A stretch of 64,000 nt of DNA from Macrostomum lignano (lineage: Eukaryota), in assembly GCA_002269645.1 (NCBI GenBank), contig NIVC01001178.1, positions 124,001 through 188,000 on the forward strand, read 5' to 3'. Below are positions 11,773 to 21,221 of the stretch, in pieces. Position 1 is the first letter of the stretch; every line of letters begins with the position of its first letter. The position numbers and the translations under genes are program-made. The notes below the pieces were generated by a model, which was given only the letters and a program-made list of their open reading frames with translations, made no database searches and was not told where the DNA came from.

Positions 11773-12140
11773 GGTCTGATTCTGTCAGGGATAATATGGA
11801 TGGATTTAATGGTATTATGTTCGAAGTTTTCGGAGCAAGTGCGACTCCTTTTTTTCTGATTCAAAGATAAAATGGATGGATTTAATGGGATTATGTTCGA
11901 AGTTTTCGGAGCAAGTGCGACACCCCGTTTTTCTGATTCTGTCGGGGATAATATGGATGGATTTAGGAGGATTATGTTCGAAGTTATCGGAGCAAGTGCG
12001 ACGCCCCGTTTTTCTGATTCTGTCGGGGATAATATGGATGGATTTAGGAGGATTCTTTTCGGAGTTTTCGGAGCAAGTGCGTCCCAGTCCTTTTTTATTC
12101 TGTCGGGGATAATATGGATGGATTAAATAGGATTATGAAG
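11773..12140 (-). repeat. 81-bp tandem repeat (~4.5 copies) encoding a 27-aa CxxC motif on the minus strand
   Basis: The reverse complement of one unit reads IIPDRIRKTGCRTCSENFEHNPIKSIH. The block is homologous to 16021-16372. Confidence 0.7.
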
Positions 12141-12770
12141 GACGTTTAAAATTTGTGCCAAAAGCCCCCTCATGCATTCTACTTATGAAAATTGTAAAAG
12201 TTAAAAATCACTTAGAAATAGCAACATACACATTCAAAATGTCGGACACGTTTTTTGAAAAATATCAAAACAGATAAAGGAAGTAAAACAGAAAAAAATT
12301 ATGAGTTAAGAGAGAATTACTAAGAGCTCATTCTACAAATTGCAAAAATAACAGTGAATTTAAAGAGAAGGAAGAGGATTACTGCTATGTGTACTCTGTG
12401 TACATTCTCTATTGTTCTTAAAAAGGGAGGAATACTATTAGTAGATAATGGGTTTTGTTTGCGACAAATATCCGACAAACTGTCGGAATTTTTTGCTCAA
12501 CAGAAACCGTCGGAAAACTGCCTTAAATACTGGGAAATACATTGTCGATGTACACAGTCTCTTTCGTCCTAAAAACGGGAATTTACCTATTCAATTCCTC
12601 TCCATGACATGTAAAAGTACGCAGTCTCTATTGTCCTGAAAAAAGGAACTTACCTATTCTATTCCTCTAGCTGCACTGCGCGGCTTCCACCGTACTGAAA
12701 ATCTTTTCACACCCACTCACGCACTCTTTCTAAAAAAACCACATACCCTCCTCCTCCCTAACCGAATATA

Positions 12771-13244
12771 ATGGGACTACCTTTCATTTCTCCTCAGCAC
12801 TGCATCTTTCCCACTAGCACACTCCGTCAAGCTTACGAGATGGCAGGACATGCCACAATAGTAACTAGGCGAAGAGCCGCTGAGTTTGGAAGAGAAAGAT
12901 GTTTAGAGACTATAAAACGCCTTAAAAAAGAAACCACATTTGTCGCCATGAGAGACGAATTAGTTCTTTCGCTTGACGACCAGAAGATCGCGAAAACATC
13001 TTCTTTAATAAAGGCTTTGAAAAGTTTCAAGACCTACGTAAAACAAATTGAAGCTTACAACCGCCGAGAAGAGGAGCTTCTCCAGGGTCGTGCCCTTTGG
13101 AATATTGAGCTTCCACTACCATACGAAGCTCAACAACCACCACAAGAAGCTCAAAAACCACCACAACGATCAGCGCACTCGAAATCCTTCGTGCTGTACC
13201 AATGGACCATTAACTTGAAATTTTGTCAATTTTGTGCAGTTTGA
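12771..13244 (+). CDS. Hypothetical protein within the Polinton-like element (weak similarity to paralogs A-C)
   Basis: 157-aa ATG-initiated ORF. IVTRRRAAEFGR and FKTYVKQIEAYNRREEEL loosely echo the family motifs. Confidence 0.35.
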   Translation: MGLPFISPQHCIFPTSTLRQAYEMAGHATIVTRRRAAEFGRERCLETIKRLKKETTFVAMRDELVLSLDDQKIAKTSSLIKALKSFKTYVKQIEAYNRREEELLQGRALWNIELPLPYEAQQPPQEAQKPPQRSAHSKSFVLYQWTINLKFCQFCAV

Positions 13245-13615
13245 CAGTTTTATGCACAACTAACTATAGATAACATCTCTATGGAATCTGCTGCTGCTAG
13301 CCATACAAAAGCCGAGGCATGAACATTGATTCCTACAATGTCATTGATTTCTACTTACAGTATGATTGTGTTTTATTGTGTGACAAACATCTGACAGCAT
13401 GCCAGAAATATAACATCTTTTAAACTAGCTGACGCCTTGAATCGATAATATGCTGCTTACTGCGGTGCTGAATTTTTCAATGTTATTGTCTTAAAAAAGT
13501 GCCTCCGATTTCTTAAAAATATAATAGAAACTATAGACATGAGAATGAATTACATTCCGAAGAAGGAATTGGAGATTAGCTGGCATAATAATTATACCAA
13601 AATATCAGAGTAAAA

Positions 13616-13900
13616 ATGGGCTTCAGTAAGCACGTATTTCTAGGAAGAGCATTAAACATTCAGGCAGCAATGACTCATTTGCCTCCAATCTTCTCTACTG
13701 GAAAATATCCTGGCGAATTTCATATTCCAGGGTATTCTTTCACAGGTCCAAGTACAAATCTAGACAAGAGACTCAATCCAATTACAGACTGGCCTCGGTA
13801 TGACAGTTTACAAATTAACCCGATAGATTGGACTGCTTACTATCATGACAAAAACACTGAAAACACTTCTTCAAATCTAGAGGAAGCTAGACGAAGCTAG
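13616..13900 (+). pseudogene. Parvovirus-type phospholipase A2 (PLA2X-like), truncated
   Basis: EFHIPGYSFTGPSTNLDKRL...QINPIDWTAYYHD: calcium-loop Y.GPG-like motif and D..A..HD catalytic motif. Ends in a GAAGCTAGAC x3 repeat. Confidence 0.8.
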
Positions 13901-14396
13901 ACGAAGCTAGACGAAGGCTCTTATTCGTTGCATAAATTTGACGAACGTTCGTAAAAATCATGTGCAGAATAGAGAAAAAAGCTTGCCCAGCTCAGGATCC
14001 CAGGATCCCTTAACTAGCTTAAAGGATCCCTTGCCTAGCTTTAGAAACGTCCATTTAGTTCCTTGTTTAAACCCCCAGCCTAACCCCCAGCTTTAACCCC
14101 CAGCTAGGGGTTAAAGCAACCCCCAGCCTTCTCAACCCCCAGCTCTTTCAGCAGTCTTCCTAGTTCTTTACTTGGCGCATGCAATAAAAACCCGCCCCTT
14201 TTCCCAGGCAACCCCAATCAACCATTAATAGAAAATCGGCGGGTTTCCCATATTCTAGAATATTCTAGAATAAAAAGAGAATCCAGTGATTACCGAGCCG
14301 ACACCAATTGTATATAAACAGCCGATTCACACCGCCCCTCGCCTCATCCCGCCTGCTCCGCCGGCAGGGTCCGCTCCGCCTTGGCTCCGCCTCGTC

Positions 14397-15195
14397 ATGA
14401 GTTCCAGCAATGCTGCAAAATTGTGAATACGATAAGGAGTATTAGTAGTAAATAAATATTCTGCCAGTACGGCAATCACCTTTGCTAATCTAGAAGATCA
14501 GGGAAAAGCTTTACTTTTAAACTTTTTAAAAAGTAGACGTAAATTCTATAAAAAGAGCGCTTGGAGAAAGAAAAATCTTCTAATCAAGAAAAAAAAGACC
14601 GCGAAGCTTGGCTTTTAGCTCGCTTAAAGCAAGAAATCATGTCAATAAAAAACGAACAGCTGGTGATTAAAACAAGGTAAGTATTGCTTATTTTTTATTA
14701 TATAGACAATTTCCTCAATACTTTTAAGAGGCAGAAGTTAAAAAGCATTTGAAGGAATTGAAAGAACGTGATAAAAAAGCTAAACAGAAGAAGATAAAAG
14801 AAGCCAGAGAGAAGAAGAAAAAGAGCCTCCACGCAAAGCTTAGAACTTCGATAGTTAATATGCACTATGACCTGTCGCCGACATCACTAGAACTACCACA
14901 TCAAGAGCCAATAGGAGAGGCTGTGAACAAACTACGAAGCCTGGTAAACCACTCCGAAAATGTTAATGCATCGCTATTGTGGCAACGAATAGTGATCGGA
15001 CAATGGCTAACCTACATCCACAGATTGTTGGATAAGAAGGCAGAGCTTATTGTCTATTTAACGGCACAAAAAGTTAAGATTAGTAAGACTGATATCTACT
15101 TTCTTCGGCTTCTTAAGTTGCCAATTAGGGAGATCAAAACAAATTTTAAGATTATCGAAGAGTTGGTGAAGGAGGATGGCGCATACTGGAGATAA
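14397..15195 (+). pseudogene. Element-borne unknown gene family, paralog B (intron donor at 14677)
   Basis: TATA-like TATATAAA at ~14310. Exon 1 pieces IVNTIRSISSK...TAITFANLEDQGKALLLNFLK...EAWLLARLKQEIMSIKNEQLVIKTR|GTAAGT. Exon 2 ends KISKTDIYFLRLLKLPIREIKTNFKIIEELVKEDGAYWR. Acceptor site is ambiguous. Confidence 0.55.
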
Positions 15196-15476
15196 TAAGT
15201 TAATCAATACAAATGTATATTGTTAAATACATTATGCGTTAAACTTTTGCTATTATAACGATTTGAACTGTTATTAAATATTTACAGTCCATGAGGATAT
15301 CATCCTATTGAGGCCCTTCGAAGAGAAGCTAAAAGTCTACACATGCTACACAGTGGTCTGACTACTTTTTATTTAAACTAGCTCATAATATCACATGACA
15401 CTAGATGCATATTTTTGTGCTGTACTTTAAGACAGGATTAAGACATAATTTAGGATTAACACATAAGACATGATTG

Positions 15477-15840
15477 TGCTGTACTCATTCCTATATGCTT
15501 CTTAAACAAGTTTCGAGCGAGAAACCTGCATAGCAACCTGGCAAGCTTTTTTGTGGTGTACTCATTTCCATATGCTTCTTAAACAATTTTCACGCGAGAA
15601 ACCTGCAGAGCAACCTGGCAAGCTTTTTTTATTGTGCTGTACTCATTCCTATATGCTTCTTAAACAAGTTTCACGCGAGAAACCTGCATAGCAACCTGGC
15701 AAGCTTCTTGAACAAGTTTCACGCGAGAAACCTGCATATTAACCTGGCAAGCTTTTTTATTGATCAATGCACTCATTCCTATATGCTTCTTGAACAAGTT
15801 TCACGCGAGAAACCTGCATAGCAACCTGGCAAGCTTTTCT
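15477..15840. repeat. ~80-bp tandem repeat, about 4.5 copies
   Basis: TGTACTCATTCCTATATGCTTCTTAAACAAGTTTCACGCGAGAAACCTGCATAGCAACCTGGCAAGCTTTT starting at ~15477, 15557, 15637, plus a partial copy and a final copy. Confidence 0.9.
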
Positions 15841-15848
15841 TTATTAAC

Positions 15849-15992
15849 GAGAAACCAAATCCAGTGAAAAGAGTTGTATTGAGTAATAAGGAGATTCACG
15901 AGATTGTGCTACAGTTTGAGACTGAAGATGGGGTGGGTGTTGATTTCAACGATGAAGAGTTTGTATTGACGTTAATCATTAAGAGAATGTAA
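15849..15992 (+). pseudogene. Second penton C-terminal fragment
   Basis: EKPNPVKRVVLSNKEIHEIVLQFETEDGVGVDFNDEEFVLTLIIKRM*; a diverged copy of ~11210-11350. Confidence 0.75.
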
Positions 15993-16047
15993 GAAATCAC
16001 AACTGCCTTATAACTTAATAAGGACCCTGCGCTGATGATTTAAAGTC

Positions 16048-16617
16048 TTAGGGATCTGGTAGCACGTTGCGAATTGAATGTGGGGACAAGAAGATTATTT
16101 TTTTGTGAGCGAGTGCGACCCTCGGATTCAGGGATAATATGGATGGATTTAATGCGATTATGTTCGAAGTTTTCGGGGCAAGTAGGACCCCCCTTTTTTC
16201 TGATTCTGTCGGGGATAATATGGATGGATTTAATGGGATTATGGAGGACGTTTTGTGAGCGAGTGCGAGCCCCCTTTTTTCTGATTCTGTCGGGGATAAT
16301 ATAGATGGATTTAATGGGATTTTGGAGGACGTGAAAAAAATTGTCCCAGAAGCCCTCTCATGCATTCTACTGTGCTGTATCGAAATCAATGCCCATTTAT
16401 CAACATGTGCAAGATATACTCTGAATGAATACAAATATGGGGTGCGTTTACAATCGGTGTGTTTTAATATTTTTGCTTTATATTCATCGTAAGCTTTATC
16501 AATTTCTTTAATTAGTCGAGCCTTTCGAGTGGGTGTTTTTATTTGAGAGAAATTTATAATAGAATCATAATACTTTTGTGGCAGAACATTTCGAACATTT
16601 GGGTTATTAGCTTCCAT
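16048..16617 (-). pseudogene. Hypothetical protein with 27-aa tandem repeats (second copy)
   Basis: ATG-initiated ORF followed by 81-bp units. The alternative frame of the units reads NPIKSIHIIPDRIRKKGGPTCPENFEHNRIKSIH. Confidence 0.5.
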
Positions 16618-16759
16618 TTTTCTAGGAAAAATTTAGCTATGTTGTTTTCATTTTTTAAGTCACAAACTATTTTATGAATAGTTTGAAACTTGCATGACCT
16701 CTTTGCTTATATTATGACTCAGAGTTGTTCTTTGGCAGAGTAGGCAAACTTCACTCAAT

Positions 16760-17060
16760 TGCCCCGAAGGGTCGCAGACAGTCTGATAAGTAAGACAGGA
16801 ATTCGGGGTTCTATTCGCGCCACACACAAACAAGCGCGCACCGCAACAATATAGTCGACTAAAGCAAACTTCATTCTATCACCCCGGAGTGTCGCAGGCA
16901 CATTGCGATGACTAACACAGGAATTTGGGGTTCTACTCGCGCTACTCACAAACAAGCTCACGTCGCAACAATAGGATCGATTATAGTATACTTTATTCCA
17001 TCGTCCGAGGGGTCGCAGAGGCAGTTTTATGACTAACACAGGAATTCGGGGTTTTCGAGT
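16760..17060 (+). repeat. Three ~121-bp units with a conserved stem
   Basis: GGAATT(C/T)GGGGTT begins at 16798, 16920 and 17041. Each is preceded by GTCGCAG and a complementary CCCCGAA, CCCCGGA or TCCGAG arm. Confidence 0.75.
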
Positions 17061-17306
17061 GCCCATTCACCAACGGCGCAACACACTGAGTCATGCTTTC
17101 AATTGAAACCAAAACGCGAGCCGAAATTTTTTTCTCACGTGTTGCTTTCGCCATGTGAGTTGAATGGATTGCATGAATTCTATCTATTGTCATAAAAAAT
17201 ATATATATGACCCCCCGCCGCAACTGAATAGCCGCTTACCCCACCAAAACTGAATAGACGTTTCACCCGTTTCAATTAACATAGCAATTTTCGTTATTTT
17301 AAAATA

Positions 17307-18122
17307 ATGGCAGCTAATATTCCAAGCCAAATATTATCAACGATTAAAAGTATCGGCGCAAAGGATTCGACCATAACTACTATAGCAGTTAGTAGATTGC
17401 AAGACAAAGATCAGCAGGCGCTCTTAGCTAATTTAGTGAAGATCGATCAAGAATCTATTAAAAAGACTAGGGGTGAAGGGAACGAAAAAAAGCAAAAGAG
17501 AAGATCGACAGAGGTGCGCTTTGTGGCGAATCTGAAGGTTAAACTAGACAACATACGAAACGAGGCTTGCACGGTCAAGACGAAGTAAGTTTTCATTTTT
17601 ATACGTACATTTAATTAGAGTAAACAAATTGTTTATTACTCGTATATTTTGTTTTTTAGCTTCAACGATGCTAAGCGACTATGCACCGCCGAGGTCAGTC
17701 CAATTGATGATGTCGCCCATCTCCAATTCCAAGAGCTGGAAACGTTTGTGCACAGTTTAAGCCAGTTGGAGTGCATCGCACGGAAAAAGCAGGCCGAAAT
17801 TATAGCCACCTTAAGAGAAAAACACGGGATAACCGTCTAAGGCGTAGCCAAAAGGCTAAGCATCGAAACAAAGTTTGCCCAGCGGCTATATACGTTCTAT
17901 GGCCTCATAACCAAATACCTAGCTCTGCAAGCAACTGGCTACGCTTTTGAAACGCTGCTATCTTACCAGGTGGCCATTGAAAAGTTTGCGCCCGATGATC
18001 CAAACTATGACTGCAAGATGAGGGCGCCTATTACCATTCGATTCGAAGGAGAGGACGATGACGAAGACACCCTACTTGCTGAAAGCATGTCGAGCATGTC
18101 TACGAATACTATGAGGGAGTAG
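17307..18122 (+). pseudogene. Element-borne unknown gene family, paralog C (two exons, one in-frame stop)
   Basis: Exon 17307-17584, GT-AG intron 17585-17659 (phase 2), exon 17660-18122 in frame. One internal TAA at 17838. Acidic C-terminal tail. Confidence 0.7.
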
Positions 18123-18694
18123 TTTTTAATAGCTAACTTAAAAACATTGAATGGACAATAAGCACTAGCCACCTTTTATAAATTGTATTTTTTTATTGTT
18201 CAGAATTTATTCTGAACTTTCAGAATAATGATATAAAATACACAATCTTTATGTCTACCCTATTCTTTTGTGCCTCCAGTAGTCTCTTTTTCTGTTACTA
18301 AACTATATTCAATAATAATAATAACTATATTCAATAATACAATTTGAATGAATTGCAAGTAGGAGACCCAGTAGAGTATCGTGCAGAAAATGGGTGGTAG
18401 TTTTGTTATAGCTGATTGAATATCTAATGCAGAACCTAGAAATAATGGTTTACTGAAGGCCCTTTTATATATTTAAAAATTTACTATTGTTAAATTTGAT
18501 GACAATTTCAAATTGAATATACCCGAAATCGCATTGAATCGAGCCGTGAATCCAACTTTTCTCATGGTTTTACTCACGAAATCGTGAAAATTTAACTTTT
18601 TCAAAATTTTCGAAAATCACAAAAAATCGCTGTTTTCAGACCATTTTCACCTGTTTTTAGTCATTTTTACTCATCTTTAGTGATTTTCAAAATG

Positions 18695-18818
18695 AGTGAG
18701 GGCATGAGGGCGAGGGCACCCTCCTTTTTAAAAAGTATAAAATTCTGAAAAATCTTTGTTCTGTGAAATATTCTAAAGGCCAATGCCCCCACATGCTCTC
18801 ACCCTCAACACCCTCACT
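18695..18818. repeat. Right TGAGGG/CCCTCA module (candidate terminal inverted repeat)
   Basis: AGTGAGGGCATGAGGGCGAGGGCACCCT...CTCTCACCCTCAACACCCTCACT; inverted match to 4628-4817. Followed by TTTTATATAAA palindromic repeats at 18830-18895. Confidence 0.55.
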
Positions 18819-18932
18819 CACAGATATATATTTTATATAAATTTTATATTAATTTTATATAAATTTTATATAAATTTTATATAAATATATATATAATATT
18901 CATATCACACACACCTTGCAACAATGACCTGG

Positions 18933-19031
18933 TAGTAGTAGTGTTATATAAGGGGGTGAGTCATACAGCGAGTTGGCGCGCAATGCGCCCGGGCAATAAG
19001 TGTGGCGCACCCCCTTATAACACTACTACTA
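18933..19031. repeat. AGTAGT-tipped palindrome (Polinton-like terminus or mini-element)
   Basis: TAGTAGTAGTGTTATATAAGGGGGTG (18933-18958) and CACCCCCTTATAACACTACTACTA (19008-19031) are near-perfect inverted arms around a ~49-nt GC-rich core. Confidence 0.8.
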
Positions 19032-20929
19032 ATAATTATCCAGATTTAAATAAATCACGCGCCCTGTTATAGAGTTGTGCGTTTTTACTTTTATTAGCAA
19101 TTATCTATTTTTAATTTAATGTAACAAAAAATATAGTTATTCTTGTTTTGTTTGTTTAATTTATGTGATTTTGCATTGATTTAGGATGTAATATATATCT
19201 TGGAAAATATTTCATATCTAATAAAATCTCCTAATGATGCTAATAAGCAAGCAGCTGCTGCGTCAGTAACTTTAACTTCAGAGAATTATTAATTACTTAT
19301 TAATAGGGAAGAGGAAGAGAAAACACATTAGGTATGGTGATGATTTTTCAATCTCAATATTTTTCTACCCAGCCTAAATGTTATCCAGAGTATGTAATTT
19401 CAAATATATTGTTTTTTCAATAATTAGTAATTATTATTATCAATTTTGAAAGTCTTTCTTTAATTTGGTACATGTGGAAAAAGTCAATTATTCAATACGC
19501 GGAACCAGATCCCAAAGACTTTAATTCCCCAAACCCAGGGTGCTCATCTTCCGAAAAAATTAAATTTTCTATAAAAATGTTTCCAGTCGTCTCTCCAGGT
19601 TCTTATTACAAAGCGCACAAGCCTAATTACAAGAGTAAGCTCTTCCTCTTCAATCCTCTTCAATTTGGCCTTACTCGAGGCCAAAATCCTCTTCAATCTG
19701 GCCTTGCACGAGGCCAAATTTTATCGCAAACTGGCTTTCTGGCCTTCACTTCTCTTCTCTCCACACAAGTGTACAGTCTTGAGCACACTGGTTTCGGCTA
19801 CAATCTCTCTTTCCACCATGCTTCTCCTTCATGCTCGTCACCTCCTCACCCTATGCTCTTTGTACAGAGAAGTCTCACCCCTCACTTTCACACGCCTTAT
19901 GCTTTATCGTAAACTGAGCTATATCGATTACTTTTCCCTGCTTGACTCCAAGATTGTACAGTCTAGAATTTAATGGAATTCTACGGTTAACTGTATATTT
20001 AAGCAAACACAAACACTCGGGCTTCTTCACCCCACATATGCCATTGAGGTGATCTTAATTTAAGCATGTTATGCCCAATGTTATTTTTTAGTCTAATGCA
20101 AACTTCAAAAGGTTTTCCTATCAGTAAAGTACAGCACATGCTTGTGCGGCAGTAAAGATCCGATTGCGTGAAGCGAACACCAATGAAATGCGTTATAGAA
20201 ATCATATATAGCGTTCAGTGAGAATGAAGCCACTCTCCGCCTTCGTCCGCCCTTGTCCGCTCTCGTCCCCTTTGCGCCTCGCGCCTCGCGCCTCGCGCCT
20301 CGCCCTCTCGCCGCACTCGGTTCTCCGCCTCTTTGCCTCCTAAACTGCTCCACTAGCTTGCCTCAACAATCGGGCCTGAACTCTAATATCCCAATCTAAC
20401 AGAGATAAATCTGGACAAACGTCAATTCGTGCAACAATATTGATAAGTAGCCTGTGGCTCCTTATTATTTATATAAAGACTAATTTATATTAAAACATTT
20501 ATATTGTTTTATTATATAAAACAAATTTGCGTAATTGCGTGATCAATATCCTATTAGGAATTGCTACTAACATTGATTAGTAATAAACATCTTGTTGAAG
20601 GTTAGAGATCGAGAGAAACAAATCGAACCTCTGACTTATTTAATTTAACAGAAACATCGAAGATAATAGACATCGTCAAAGAATCTTAAAACGAAACTAA
20701 GGACTGCACAAAATGTCACAGTCGTGCTGCACGCTGAAATTGATCTAAGAAATTTTTCGCTAGACAAAATATATCATAAGTGGATTGAATGTTTGCTTCA
20801 GAAAAAAAAATTCAGAAAAAAAAATTTTTTTAAAGCAGTGCAGGTAAGACTCGAAATCTGTTTTCTGTGTATTTCTGGGTACTTTTTATCATTCCTCATT
20901 GCATTGTTTCATTTCTTACTATTTGAAGA

Positions 20930-21221
20930 AGGTTAAAGACCCAAGGGAAAAGGTTCGAATCAAGGAAAACAAGTTGGAGAGCCGCGAGAGGGAAAACATC
21001 CCACCTGGACTCGAATGTCCCGTGTGTTATAACCAGCTATCGCCATCTAAAAACTGGATTGCCCACATTCGTTCTGTCTGAGATGCGTCCAAAGTTTGTA
21101 CATTGCGGCAACGAACAGTATAAAGTGTCCAGAATGCCGTGCGGAAACATTCAAGACGGTTGATGAGCTGCAAGCAAATGTGGCTATTGAGCGTACGATT
21201 GAAAGTCGTCGAAGATACTAG
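20930..21221 (+). pseudogene. C3HC4 RING-finger (TRIM-like) exon with a frameshift
   Basis: LECPVCYNQLSPSK, then a frameshift in the A-run at ~21050, then KLDCPHSFCLRCVQSLYIAATNSIKCPECRAETFKTVDELQANVAIERTIE. Upstream GTAAG donor at ~20844. Confidence 0.8.

Larger units (their letters stand above)
4628..19031. mobile_element. Endogenous Polinton/Maverick (adintovirus-like) element, degenerate, no recognisable pPolB
   Basis: Co-located integrase (8.3-8.7 kb), GasderminX-like ORF, major capsid, penton and PLA2. Inverted TGAGGG modules at 4628-4817 and 18695-18818 (24/28 nt match between the inner arms). AGTAGT...ACTACT palindrome at 18933-19031. Boundaries are approximate. Confidence 0.75.

Noticed and set aside
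12330-12450. Possible adenain protease C-terminus (EEDYCYVYSVYILY)
   Set aside because: Only a vague match to 'CG.YC.YF'; no catalytic His-Trp or FDSFG segment found.
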